Assembly (NCBI RefSeq): GCF_009914755.1
Contig: NC_060935.1
DNA length: 64,000 nt
Source of the DNA: the human T2T-CHM13v2.0 reference genome, Homo sapiens
Strand: one strand, 5' to 3'
Shown: positions 1 to 19,504 of the stretch, in pieces
Numbering within the stretch: position 1 is the first letter of the stretch
How the letters are laid out: every line of letters starts with the position of its first letter
The notes under the pieces: generated by a model
The model's input: only the letters and a program-made list of their open reading frames with translations
Told to the model about the DNA's origin: nothing
Database searches by the model: none
Made by a program: the position numbers and the translations under genes

Positions 1-143
1 GGGTGGGGGGAGGGGGGAGGGATAGCTTTAGGAGATATACCTAATGCTAAATGACGAGTTAATGGGTGCAGCACACCAGCATGGCACATGTATGCATATG
101 TAACTAACCTGCACATTGTGCACATGTACCCTAAAACTTAAAG

Positions 144-180
<37 letters not shown>
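1..180 (+). mobile_element. LINE-1 3' end (L1PA3-like) with (TAA)n/poly(A) tail; continues upstream of the window
   Basis: L1 3'UTR GGGATAGCTTTAGGAGATATACCTAATGCTAAATGACGAGTTAATGGGTGCAGCACACCAGC...CCCTAAAACTTAAAGTATAAT followed by an A-rich tail. Confidence 0.95.
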
Positions 181-192
181 GTTAGGTCTTCT

Positions 193-381
193 TTTTTTAA
201 AATTTTATTATTATTATACTTTAAGTTTTAGGGTATATGTGCACAATGTGCAGGTTAGTTATATATGTGTACATGTGCCATGCTGGTGTGCTGCACCCAT
301 TAACTCGTCATTTAGCATTAGGTATATCTCCTAAAGCTATCCCTCCCCCCTTCCCCCACCCCACAACAGTCCCCAGAGTGT
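193..381 (-). mobile_element. LINE-1 3' end stub (L1PA3-like), tail-to-tail with the previous element
   Basis: Reverse complement of the same L1 3'UTR; 205-361 matches 1-157 with 5 mismatches by manual alignment. Confidence 0.95.
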
Positions 382-2453
<2,072 letters not shown>

Positions 2454-2629
2454 ACTATTTTCAAAAATAAAACAATGTAAGTCCATGTACGTTAAAGCAA
2501 ATCACCTTGTATTGATTCTCTGATTATTAAGCATAATTATAATTTAATTATTTAATCAGTTTCTTAGTCACCTGCTTCTAATATTGTGTTAGAATTTTTC
2601 AGAATAACACATTTTTCTATATGGCTTTA

Positions 2630-3070
2630 TTTCTGAAAACAGCTTTGTTGAGGTATAATTAATAGACAATAAAAACTATTTAATGTATTTGATGAGTTTG
2701 ACATATACATACCTGTGAGACCATCACCACAATCAAGGCAATCAATGTATTAATCATCTCCAAAAGTTCCTTTTGTCTCTTGGTGAGAGTTTTTTGTTTT
2801 TTGATGGTAAAAATCCTTAACATAAAATCTACTCTTTTAACAAAATTTTAAATATCCAATATCATATTTTAAGTTGTAGCCACTCTCTTGTACAGCAGAT
2901 TTCTATAAGTTATTCATCTTGTTTCTGAAACTTTATGCCCGTTGAGCAAAAACTCCTTATTTCCTCTCCCCCAAAACCTGGGCAAATACCTCTCTATTCT
3001 ATGCTTCTATAAATTTGACTACTTTGGATATCTTATATAAGTGAAATCAAGTAGTATTATTTTTATTCTT
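2630..3070 (-). mobile_element. Old L1M 3' end fragment
   Basis: AGCTTTGTTGAGGTATAATT...GAGACCATCACCACAATCAAG, typical of an antisense L1MB/MC 3'UTR. Confidence 0.7.
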
Positions 3071-3187
3071 TTTTAAAAAATTATGTGCACTCTCCCTCAA
3101 ATTTGGATTTTATGTTTGATAAATATAAAACTAATAATCTTCAATGGGCTCTTTACTATAGACCATAATATTTTTAAAAATGTCATT

Positions 3188-4577
3188 GACATTGGGATGA
3201 CATCAGTAAGATGGAAGAATGGATGGTCAAACACATGTATCCCCCACAATAACAAGAACCCCGCACCCATCCACAGGCAAAAGTGTTTCTGTGGGAGCCT
3301 TGGAATTTAGGTAGGAGGTTATAAAGCCCTGGTGGATCCTAGGATGGTCTGAGTGGAGACCAACACCCAGGTTGCAGACTTGCTTGGCTACAGCTCTGTT
3401 TGGTCTTGAACCTGCTATTGAAACAATTTACCAAGAGCTTCAGGAGGAATCATGCACACTAATGCCTTGGCAGACAGACAACACACAGACTGGGAGAAAA
3501 TATTTGCAAATCATACATCATATCAAGGGCTAGATAATATCCAAAAACATAAGGAACTCAACTCAATAGCAAAAAACCAAATAACCCAATTAAAACATGG
3601 ACAAAGGACCGAAATATACATTTCTCAAAAGAAGACATACAAATGACCAACAGATATGTGAAAAAATATTCATCATCGCTAATCATTAGGTAAATAAAAA
3701 GTGAAACCACAATGGAATATCACCTCGCACCTGTTAGAAAAGATATTAAAAAGATAAAAGATGAGTTTTGGTGAGGGTTTGGAGAAAGGGACCCCTTGTG
3801 CACTGTTGGTGGTAACGTAAATGAATACAGCCATTATGGAAAACAGTATCAGAAGTTTCTCAGAAAATGAAAAATAGAATTACTATGTAATCCAGCAATC
3901 TCATTTCTGGATATATAACCAAAGGAATTGAAATCAGTATCTTAAAAAAAATCTACCATCCCATGTTCATTGAATCATTCTTCACAATAGCTCAGATATG
4001 GAAACAACCTAAGTGTCCATCATCAAATAAATGGATACAGAAAATATGGTACATATATACAATGGAATACTATACAGCCCTAAAAAAGAAAAATAATTTA
4101 AAATTTGTGACGACATGAGTGAAACTTGAGGACGTTTATGCTAAGTGAAATAAGCTAGGCACAGAAACAAAAATACCACATTTGTATGTGGAATCTAAAA
4201 AGGTAAAATTCATAGAAATAGAGAGTAGAATAGTGATTATCAGAGGCTGGGAGAAGGGAGTAAATGGGGAAAAGGGAGATATTGATTTAAGAGTACAAAA
4301 TTTCAGTTAGGAGGAATAAGATTTAGTGACCTATTGCACAGAATGGTGACTATAATGAATAATAATGCATCATAGATTTCAAAATTGCTTTAACAATAGA
4401 TTTTAAATTTCACCACAAAGATGAAAAATATGTGAGGGAATGAATTTGTTCATTAGATTGGTTTAATAATTCTGCAGCATAAACATGTATCAAAACACCA
4501 CATTGTACTCCAGAAATATATAATATATAAATTATTGTTAATCAATTGAAAATAAAGACTATCAGACAAGAAAAATA
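3188..4577 (+). mobile_element. Internally deleted L1MA-type element: 5' end (~3188-3470) joined to ORF2 3' end/3'UTR, with TSD
   Basis: Starts with L1M 5'-like GATGACATCAGTAAGATGG. From ~3475 it reads as the ORF2 C-terminus (TDWEKIFANH). TSD AAAAATGTCATT at 3176-3187 and 4578-4589. Confidence 0.75.
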
Positions 4578-5302
4578 AAAAATGTCATTTTTGAAGTATA
4601 ACATTCAGAAAAATTCATATCTATATGAATTTTTACAAATTTAATGCATCTAAATCAAGACTCGATACATCATCAATCTCTGAAACCTCTCTTGTGCACC
4701 CTTCCACTGATTATTCCCCCAATACTAATAGCATTGATTAGTTTACTTGCTTTTTTTCCTTTATATACCTGGAATCATACAGTATGAAGTCATTTGTGTC
4801 TAATTCCTCTCACTCAATGTTATGTTAGTGAGATTCATTCAGATGATTGTAGTAAACTATTATATTTTAAAATGGAAGCACTACTTTCTCATCATAGAGG
4901 TATTTAATAAGCTCTAAGTATATTTTGTTAAATGAAACGAAGGATATTCTTCTTAATTAATTTTTATCTTACTTTAAGTTCTGGGATACATGTGCAGAAC
5001 GTGCAGGTTTGTTACATAGGTATATATGTGCCATGGTGGTTTGCTGCACCCATCAACTTGTCATCTAGATTTTAAGCCCAGCATGCATTAGCTATTTGTC
5101 CTAATGCTCTCCCTCCCCTTGCCCCCCACCCCCTGACAGGCCCCGGTGTGTGAGGTTCCCCTCCCTGTGTCCATATGTTCTCATTGTTCAACTCCCACTT
5201 ATGAGTGAGAACACGTGTTGTTTGGTTTTCTGTTCCTGTGTTTGCTGAGAATGATAGCTTCCAGCTTCATCCATGTCCCTACAAAGGACATGAAGTCATT
5301 CT

Positions 5303-5545
5303 TTATTTTTTGAGATGGAGTCTCACTCTGTTACCTAGGTTGGAGTGTAGTGGTGTGATCTCGTTCACTGCAACCTCTGCCTCCTGGGTTCATGCAATTC
5401 TTGTGCCTCAGCCTCCCGAGTATCTGGGATTACAGGGGCACACCTGTAGAGGCCAGGCTGGTTTCGAACTCCTGACCTCAAATGATCCACCTGCCTTGGC
5501 CTCCCAAAGTGCTGGGAGTACAGGCATGAGCCACCGCACCCGGCC
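5303..5545 (-). mobile_element. AluS with internal deletion of the central linker
   Basis: Both Alu arms are present but the A-rich middle region is missing. TSD GACATGAA(G/C)TCATTCT at 5287-5302 and 5547-5562. Confidence 0.93.
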
Positions 5546-6280
5546 TGACATGAACTCATTCTTTTTGATGGCTGCATAGTATTCCATGGGGTATATGTGC
5601 CACATTTTCTTAATGCAGTCTATCATTGATGAGCATTTGGGTTGGCTCCAAGTCTTTCCTATTGTAAATAGTGCTGCAATAAACATATGTGTGCATGTGT
5701 CTTTATAGTAGAATGATTTATAATCCTTTGGGTATATACCCAGTAATGGGATTGCTGGGTCAAATGGTATTTCTGGTTCTAGATCCTTGAGGAATTGCCA
5801 CACTGTCTTCCATAATAGGTGAACTAATTTACAGTCCCATCAATAGTGTAAAAGCATTCCTATTTCTCCACAGCCTCACCAGCATCTGTTGTTTCCTGAC
5901 TTTTTAATAATTGCCATTCTAACTGGAATGAGATGGTATCTCATTGTGGTTTTGATTTGCATTTCTCCAATGACCAGTGACGATGAGCTTTTGTTTATAG
6001 GTTTGTTGGCCGCATAAGTGTCTTCTTTGGAGAAGTGTCTGTTCATATCCTTCACCCACTTTTTGATGGGATTGTTTGTTTTTTTTCTTGTAAATTTGTT
6101 TATGTTCCTTGTGGATTCTGGATATCAGACTTTTGTCAGAAGGGTAGCTTGCTAAAATTTTCTCTCATTCTGTAGGTTGCCTGTTCACTCTGATGATATT
6201 TTCTTTTGCTGTGCAGAAGCTCTTTAGTTTAATTAAATCCCATTTGTCAATTTGTCAATTTTGGCTTTTGTTGCAATTGC

Positions 6281-6604
<324 letters not shown>

Positions 6605-9600
6605 TAGTCGTTGAAGTCTTTTCCCATGCCTATGTCTTCAATAATATTGCCTAGGTTTTCTTCTAGGGTTTTTATGGTTTTGGGTTTTACATTTAAGTCT
6701 TTAATCTATCTTGAGTTAATTTTTGTACAAGGTGTAAGAAAGGGATCCAGTTTCAGTTTTTTGCATATGGCTAGCCAGTTTTCCCAGCACCGTTTATTAC
6801 ATAGGGAATCCTTTCCCCATTGCTTGATTTTTGTCGGGTTTGTCGAAGGTCAGATGGCTGTAGATGTGTATGTATGGTGTTAATTCTAAGGTCTCTGTTC
6901 TGTTCCATTGGTCTATATATCTGTTTTGGTACCAGTACCATGCTTTTTGATTACTGTAGCCTTGTAGTATAGTTTGAAGTCAGGCAGCATGATGCCTCCA
7001 GATTTGTTCTTTTTGCTTAGGATTGTCTTTGCTATGTGGGCTCTTTTTTGGTTCCATATGAAATTTAAAGTAGTTTTTTTCTAATTCTGTGAAGAAAGTC
7101 AACTGTTGCTTGATGGGGATAGCACTGAATCTATAAATTACTTTGGGCAGTATGACTATTGTTGTGATATTGATTCTTCCTATCCATGATCATGGAATGT
7201 TTTTACATTTGTTTGTGTCCTCTCTTATTTCCTTGAGCAGTGGTTTGTAGTTCTTGAAAAAGTCCTTCACATCCTTTGTAAGTTGGGTTCCTAGGTATTT
7301 GATTCTCTTTGTTGCAATTGTGAATGGGAGTTCAGTTATGATTTGGCTGTTTGTCTATTATTTGTGCATAGGATTGTTTGTGATTTTTGCACATTGATTT
7401 TGTATCCCGAGACTTTGCTGAAGTTACTTATCAGCTTAAGGAGATTTTGGGCTGAGATCATGGGATTTTCTAAATATACAATCATGTCATCTGCAAACAG
7501 AGACAATTCAACTTCCTCTCTTCCTATTTCAATACCCCTTATTTCTTTCTCTTGTCTGATTGCGCTGGTCAGAACTTTCAATACTATGTTGAATAGGAGT
7601 GGTGAGAGAGGGCATCCTTGTCTTGTGCCGGTTTTCAAAGGGAATGCTTCCGGCTTTTGCCCATTCAGTATGATATTGGCTGTGGTTTTGTCATAAATAG
7701 CTCTTATTATTTTGAGATACGTTCCATCAATACCTAGTTTACTGAGTGTTTTAGCATAAAGGGTGTTGAATTTTATCAAAGACCTTATCTGCTTCTATTG
7801 AGGTAATCATTTGGTTTTTGTCATTGGTTCTGTTTATGTGATGGATTACATTTATTGATTTGCATATGTTGAACCAGCCTTGCATCCCAGGTATGAAGTC
7901 GACTTGATCGTGGTGGATAAGCTTTTTGATGTGCTGCTGGATTTGGTTTGCCAGTATTTTATTGCAGATTTTTGCATCAATATTCACCAGGTACATTGCC
8001 CTGAAATTTTCTTTTTTTGTGGTGTGTCCAGATTTTGGTATCAGGATGATGTTGGCCTCATAAAATGAGTTAGGGAGGAGTCCCTGTTTTTCTATTGTTT
8101 GGAATAGTTTTAGAAGGAATGGTACCAGCTCCTTTTTGTACCTCTAGTAGAATTTGGTTGTGAATCCATCTGGTCCTGGGCATTTTTTCGTTGGTAGGCT
8201 ATTAATTACTGCCTGAATTTCAGAACTTGTTATTGGTCTATTCAGGGATTCAACTTCTTTCTGGTTTAGTCTTTGGAGGGTGTATGTGTCCAGGAATTTA
8301 TCCATTTCTTCTAGATTTTCTAGTTTATTTGCATAGAGGTATTTATAGCATTCTCTGATGGTAGTTTGTATTTCTGTGGGATCGGTGGTGATATCCCCTT
8401 TATCATATTACATTGTGTCTATTCGATTCCTCTTTTTTCTTCTTTATTAGTCTAGTGAGTAGTCCATCTATTTTGTTAATTTTTTTAAAAAAAAACAAGC
8501 TCCAGGATTCATTGATTTTTTGAAGGGTTTTTTGTTTCTCTGTGTCCTTCAGTTCTGCTCTGATCTTAGTTATTTCTTGCCTTCTGCTAGCTTTCGAATG
8601 TGTTTGCTCTTGCTTCTCTAGTTCTTTTAATCGTGATGTTAGGCTATTGATTTTAGATCTTTCCAGCTTTCTGTTGTAGGCATTTAGTGCTATAAATTCG
8701 CTTCTTAACACTAATTTGGCTGTGTTCCAGAGATTCTGGTATGTTGTCTCTTTGTTCTCACTGGTCTCAAAGAACTTATTTGTTTCTGCCTTAATTTTGT
8801 TATTTCCCCAGTAGTCATTCAGGAGCAGGTTGTTCAATTTCCATGTAGTTGTGTGGTTTTGAGTGATTTTCTTAATCCTGAGTTCTAATTTGGTTGTACT
8901 GTGGTCTGAGAGACTGTTTGTTATGATTTCTGCACTTTTGCATTTACTGAGGAGTGTTTTACTTCTAATTATGTGGTCAATTTTTGAATATGTGCAATGT
9001 GATGCTGAGAAGAATGTATATTCTGTTGATTTGGGGTGGAGAGTTCTGTAGATGTCTATTAGGCCCTCTTGGTGCAGAGCTGAGTTCAAGTCCTAAGTAT
9101 TCTTGTTAATTTTCTGTCTTATTGATCTAATATTGACAGTGAGGTGTTAAAGTTTCCCAGTATTACTGTATGAGAATCTAAGTCTCTTTGTATGTCTCTA
9201 AGACTTGTTTTATGAATCTGTGTACTCCTGTATTGGGTGCATATATGTATTTAGGATAGTTGCTCTTCTTGTTGCATTGATCCCTTTACCATTATGTAAT
9301 ACCCTTCTTTGTCTTTTTTGATCTTTCTTGGTTTAAAGTCTGTTCTATCAGAGACTAGGATTGCAACCCTTGCCTTTTTTTTTTTGCTTTCCATTTGCTT
9401 GGTAAATATTCCTCCATCCCTTTATTTTGAGCCTATGTGTTTCTTTGCATGTGAGATGGATCTCCTGAATACAGCACGCCAATGGGTCTTGCCTCTTTAT
9501 CCAATTTGCCAGTCTGTGTCTCTTAATTGGGGCATTTAGCCCATTTACATTTAAGGTTAATATTGTTATGTGTGAATTTGACCCTGTCATCATGATGCTA

Positions 9601-10649
9601 GCTGGTTATTTTGCACATTAGTTAATGCAGTTTCTTCATAGTGTCGTATATTTTTGTGTGTTTTTTAGAGTGGCTGGTACCAGTTTTTCCTTTCCACATT
9701 TAGTGCTTTTTAAATGAAGGATATTCTTAATTCTAATTTTTTTTTTACACTGAACTGTAAAAAATTTTCAGCTTCTGTATTTTTGATGTGCAATTTTTTT
9801 GCTTTCCAGTTAGAATGTTTTTCATTAATTTTATAAGACATAATAATATATATTTTGAATGTTTCATCAAATTTAGATATGAAAAAATGATTGTTGCTAT
9901 CAACTATTTTATTTTAATTCAAAATATAAGTTCATTCAATTAAAATTGGGAACTATATCAAAAGATACAGTTTTCTTGCTACAAGTCAATATATTCTAAG
10001 CCACAATTATGCATTTTCAGAATTACATGTCATGCACTGCTTTTGCTTCTTTTTTCGTTTCTCCTTTTTATACAGGGGATAAATTTTGATGCTTTCCAGT
10101 TTGCAAGATCAGTTTTCAATATTTGGAATTTGCTAATGTCTTCAAAATTTGAATGTTTTTGTGCTTTATTTACCACAATTTGTGACAAAAGACTAAAGAT
10201 TTCTAACTGATTTTGAAGAAAATACAACTAGAATTTTGAGAAAATGTTCACGAGTGGATTCAATACTATTGTAGGTTAGTTACAGAGTCATATTTTAAAA
10301 GCTTAAACACTTCTCCGGTCCTGTGGATTAGAGGCAGGAAAGCAACAATGAGTTGCAGCACTGCCCTGCAGAAGGGTTTATTGTTTATTTTTGTTTTTTT
10401 TTGTATCTAATTTCATGTTGATAAAAAAATTTGGTAACTCAACTTCTCTAACTCTGTCTATTCTAAAAATGTTTGTAAATTTGAGCAATTATAGCTTCTA
10501 TTTTGATGGAAAGACAATCATAACTTGTTTAGATGCACTTCAAAATTATGCATACCACACTGATTCCAAATATATGTATTTCATAGATTTCATAATTCAA
10601 TAAAAATATTTTTTATCATGATGTTATATTTCACTGAAATTTGAATTTA

Positions 10650-11850
<1,201 letters not shown>

Positions 11851-12825
11851 TCAAAATACATCTACAACAAAACAGTGTTGTTTCTAAGGTTGATGTTTTC
11901 CAGCTGAATTTAAATACTCACAATAATGTCAGATATTTTATCTCTGACAGAATGAACTTTCAACCACTTTACTTTGAATTGAATGCAAAAATCAAATTAT
12001 TGGAATAACTTAAATGATTTTCTGTTTGAAACATTTAGTGATATGTTATATGACTGTCACCATTTCACTGTGTCCAAAATATTATTTTTGCTATTAGAAC
12101 CAATATTTTACTAAGTATTGCTTTATTCTTTTTGAACACAAAAAATTGAAATTAAAAAATGAACAAAATTGCCTTTGATTTCAATGAAAAGTCATGGTTC
12201 ACAGAATGACGTGTAAACACACCTGCTATAGTTGTGTTTTAAATCATTATCATCAGGCACAGTCTTTGAAAGCAAATCCTCATGCATCTTCAACAGATTT
12301 TTATCTTCTAGTTTTCAAATCCTCATGGACATTACTATTACTTCCACAAGGGATGATAGACTCTGACAAACATTTTGTGCAAAATACATGTTCGTCAATT
12401 TTGTTGAGTAACATGCACTTCTATCTCTTGAGTTTACTGCTATTGAGAGTATTTATTGCAAAATTACAAAAGGTTACCAAACAAAATATATTGCTGTGGC
12501 TTTGTATCATACAAAAACTGACCAAACCACTGTAGCAAGAGCTTTCAAACTACCCTCTAGATTTTCTACAGCAGGGCTTTTTAGTTCTTGTTTTCTGCAC
12601 ATTTTTCATTTATACCTAAAAGCCTGCCAATGGAAAACCTGTCAGCTTTGTGCATCTTCCATGCTATGGCATGGGCCATAATACAACTGGCTGGTACACC
12701 AGGTGGCTGCTAGGAGCAGCAGCATAGATATTCTCTTACTGCCACCCTAGACCACAGAAATTAGCCCTCCCTAGATCCTTGTGTCTGACATATACATATT
12801 TTTAATAGAGAGCATCTTGTGTGCT

Positions 12826-13200
12826 TGTATTAGTTCGTTCTCCTGTGGCTATGAAGAAATATTCGAGACTGGGTAATTTATAAAGGAAAGAGGTTTAATT
12901 GACTCACAGTTCTGCATGGCTGGGGAGGCCTCGTAAACTTATAATCATGGTGGAAGGGGAAGCAAACATGTCTTTTTTCATATGGCAGCAGGAGAGAGAG
13001 TGAGTGCTGCATGAAGGGAGAAACCCCTTATAAAACCATCAGATCTCATGAGAACTAGCTCACTATCATGAGAACAGGATGGGTGAAATCACCACCATGA
13101 TTCAATGATCTCCACCTTGTCCCTCCCATGGCGAGTGGGGATTATGGGAACTACAATTCAAAATGAGATTTGAATGGGGACACAAAGCCAAACCATATCA
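12826..13200 (-). mobile_element. MaLR solo LTR (MSTA/THE1-like)
   Basis: TG...CA termini (TGTATTAG...AACCATATCA), GAGACTGGGTAATTTATAAAGGAAAGAGG core and a perfect 5-bp TSD GTGCT. Confidence 0.92.
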
Positions 13201-13614
13201 GTGCTCTCTTAAGACAAGAGATTTTAGTCTGGAAAGAATCAGGAAAATCAAGATAAGATATGATTGATTTGTCATTTAGACTTAAATACGCATCAAAGTG
13301 ACAACTCTGTTCCATGCATACATGTCTCACACCATACTAGGTCTCAGCGTGGTAGAAGCTGGAGGTATAAACTGAAAGTTACAAAACTAATAATAAAAAA
13401 AATGAAAAATTTGGGACAAATGTTACATTGACTGGAATGCCTGGACAACATATGTATTTAAAGACTATTCTGGAAAGCCATGAAATTGTAAATATACTTT
13501 TCCCTCCCTCTCTTTCTTTCTCCCTCATTTTCTCTCTCTCTCTCTTCCTTTCCCTTTTTTTTTTTTTTTCAGGAGAACCAACTACCAAATACAGGTTTTC
13601 TGTTTGATGCTGAC

Positions 13615-15499
<1,885 letters not shown>

Positions 15500-15500
<1 letters not shown>

Positions 15501-18160
15501 AGTTGAACATTGCTCTTTCCTCTTCTATTTTTTGAAGAAATATGTATAGAACTGGCATTTCTTCCTTAAATGTTTGAGAGAAATCATCTGCACCCGGGGT
15601 TTTTTATCCCGTCGTGGGGATGGAGTGGGAGTGAAGTGTTCTTAATTATAGATTCAATTTCTTTAACAGGATATATGACTCTTTAACAGATATGTGACTA
15701 TTCAGATTCTATTTCTTCTTGTTTTAGTTTATGAAAGTTAACTTTATTAAGGAATTTGTTTCTTTTGACTTGTCAAATTTTTTTGTCATGCTAGTTACAA
15801 TATCTCATATTTTATGATATCAATAGAATCTGTAGTAATGCCCTTTTTCATTTACATTATTGGTAGTTATGCCTTTTACTAATCTTTTCAAGGGACAAAA
15901 ATTAACTTTGTTGGAGTTTTAAAAATCTATTTTTAGGCTGAGGCAGGAGAATGGCATGAACCCAGGAGGCGGAGCTTGCAGTGAGCCGAAATCACGTCAC
16001 TGCACTCCAGCCTGGGCGACAGAGCGAGACTCCGTCTAAAATAAACAAATAAATAAATAAATAATCTATTTTTATTAGCAGCTTTGTTGAGGTATAATTG
16101 ACATTCATCTGTTTTCTGTTTTATTGATGTCTTCTCGTTCTTATGTCTTCTTTGATTTTCTTTGGATTTAATTCGATTTTCTTTTTCTAGCTTCTTGAGT
16201 CGGAAGCTTGGATCATTGATTCTAGATTTTTCTTTCCTACTACAGTCATTTAGAATTCTAAACACTACTTTAGAATCATCCCATTAAGTTTCATGTTTAT
16301 TTCACTAGTGTTGATTTTAAAGTATTTTCCTATTCCTATGCATGGTTTATTCATCCATGCATGAGTTATTTAGGAGTGTGTTGTTCAATTTCTTTTTGTT
16401 ATTAATTACTTGTATTACTAGTTTCATACCATTGTGGTAAAATAACATATTTGGTTTGATTTCAATCCTTTGTGATTTATTAAACCTGACCAACATGTGA
16501 TCCATTTTGGTGAATATTCTATATACACTTGAATGGAATTTGAAGTCTGCTGGTTTGGGATGTAGCATTTCCTATATATCAAATAGGTGAGGTTGCTTAA
16601 TAGTGTTTTTCAAATCTTATTTATCCTAAATGATTTTTTGCCTACTCTTTCTATAAATTATATATTTCTATACATTATATATAATATATAAAATAATATA
16701 AAATATATAACATAATATATAAAACATATAACATAATATATATAACATTATTTCTGTACATTATACCTTATTGTATTTTGAAGCTATGTTATTGGGTGCA
16801 CAGATATGTAAGGTTGTTATGGTCCATCTGATAAATTCATCATCTTGTCATTATGAAATGTTTTTCTTTATCTCTGGTTATATTATTTGTTCCAAAGTCT
16901 CTTTTGTCTAACATTAATATAGGCACCCTGGCTTTCTTATGCTTAGTGTTTGTGTGGCATATAATTTTCCGTTCTTTTATTTTCAACCCATTTGTGTCCT
17001 TTTCCTTGAACTGTGTCCCTTGCAAGTAGCATATAGGTGGATCTTATTTTTAATAGTATGGCAGTCTTTGTCTTTTGGTTGATCGGCTTCATCCATTTAC
17101 ATCTAATGAAATTACTGATGTGACCCAGTTTAAGTTTTTTATCTGGGAATTTCCTTTCTATTTGTCACATTTTCTCTTTGTTTTCTTGTTTCTCTTTTCC
17201 TTTCTTTTGAATCAATCATGTTTTTTCCTTACTATTTTGTTTTAGCTTGTCTTTTGGCTTTTTAGCCATACTTGTTTGAATCATTTTTTAAAATAGCTGT
17301 GCTTAAGTTACAACATACATCCTTTTGGTGACTATCAACTACTCCCAAATTTAGTTACTTAAAATGACACACACTTATTGACTCGTAATATTTTGTAAAT
17401 CACATTAGATGGGGTGCCTTAGTTTCTGTTCCACATAGTGTAGGCTGGTTACAAAGCTAGGTGGGCTGGATTGGCTGGCTCTCCCACGCCAGGTAGTCTC
17501 TCATCCTTAAGAATGCTAACCCTTGGAGCAGCATTTCAAGAGAGTGAGAGCAGAAGCTGTAAGTCTTCTTGAAACCTTGGCTCAGAACTCATACAACATC
17601 ACTTTGCCACATTTATTGTAGACTCTAACTCTCAATGGAAGGATCTCTAGACAGCATATGGCTATTTTTTGTTCATCCCATAGTGGCTGCTCTAAAAATG
17701 GCAACACATACCCTTAATTTATTATAGATTGCCTTGAGTTAATTTTATACCATTTCATGTTCAATGTAAAAACTTGCAATGGTATAATTCCGTTTACTTT
17801 TTCCCTTTGTCCTTTGTGCTATAATTGTCATATATGTTGCTTTTGTATGTGTTATAAACTTTATCATAAATTGTTATTTTAATTAGACATTCAGTAGTTC
17901 CTTAAAAATTTGAAAAAGCAGTATTTTATGTTACACATGTTTACGCTTTATGGTGTTTTTCCCCTTCCTATAGATAAAAGTGTTCATTTGCCACTATTTC
18001 TTTTATATTTATATTTATTTTCTGTATGTTTATATTTATATTGAATATTTCTTATAGTTTGTGTCTACTGAAACTATTTCTTTCAGCTTCAATTTATCTG
18101 AAGATGTCTATTTAGAATTCATTATTGAATTATATTTTTACAGAGTATAGAATTCTAGGT
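15500..18160 (-). mobile_element. Highly decayed L1M ORF2 (endonuclease region) fragments, with an MLT1-like LTR piece at ~17325-17680
   Basis: ORFs 16347..16568 and 16840..17025 resemble L1 EN (GLKIKERKIICHTNTKHKKARVPILMLDK). Confidence 0.65.
15936..16062 (+). mobile_element. 5'-truncated AluY (right arm)
   Basis: GAATGGCATGAACCCAGGAGGCGGAGCTTGCAGTGAGCCGA, (AAAT)n tail, TSD AATCTATTTTTA. Confidence 0.92.
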
Positions 18161-18164
18161 GGTC

Positions 18165-18520
18165 ATCAATGGATGAATGGATGAAGAAAACATGGCATAT
18201 ATACACAACGGAATTTTATATGGCTGTTCATCCATATAAAAGAATGAAATTTTTTCATTTGCAGCAGCATGGATGGAACTGGAGAACGTTGTGTCAAGTG
18301 AAATAAGCCAGGCACAGAAAGATAACTATCACATTTTCTCATTCATATGTGGGAGCTAAAAAATTGGTATCATGGAGGTAGTGAGTTGAATGGTGGTGGT
18401 TATCAGAACCTGAGAAGTGTAGTGGGGTTGGAAGGAAAAGATGGGTTGGTTAATGGGTACAAAAATACAGTTAGATAGAATAATTAACTCCTAGTTTTTG
18501 ATAACACAATAGAATGACTA
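18165..18520 (+). mobile_element. L1MA 3'UTR fragment
   Basis: CATCAATGGATGAATGGATGAAGAAAACATGGC...GGGTACAAAAATACAGTTAGATAGAA. Confidence 0.8.
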
Positions 18521-18594
18521 TACATATATTTATATTTTTATGAATAAATAAACATATATATAGTATTTATATATAAGAAAGAGTCTTGTTCTGT

Positions 18595-19503
<909 letters not shown>

Positions 19504-19504
19504 T

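Noticed and set aside
16660-16770. AT-rich (ATATA/ACATA) stretch
   Set aside because: Low-complexity expansion within old L1 sequence.
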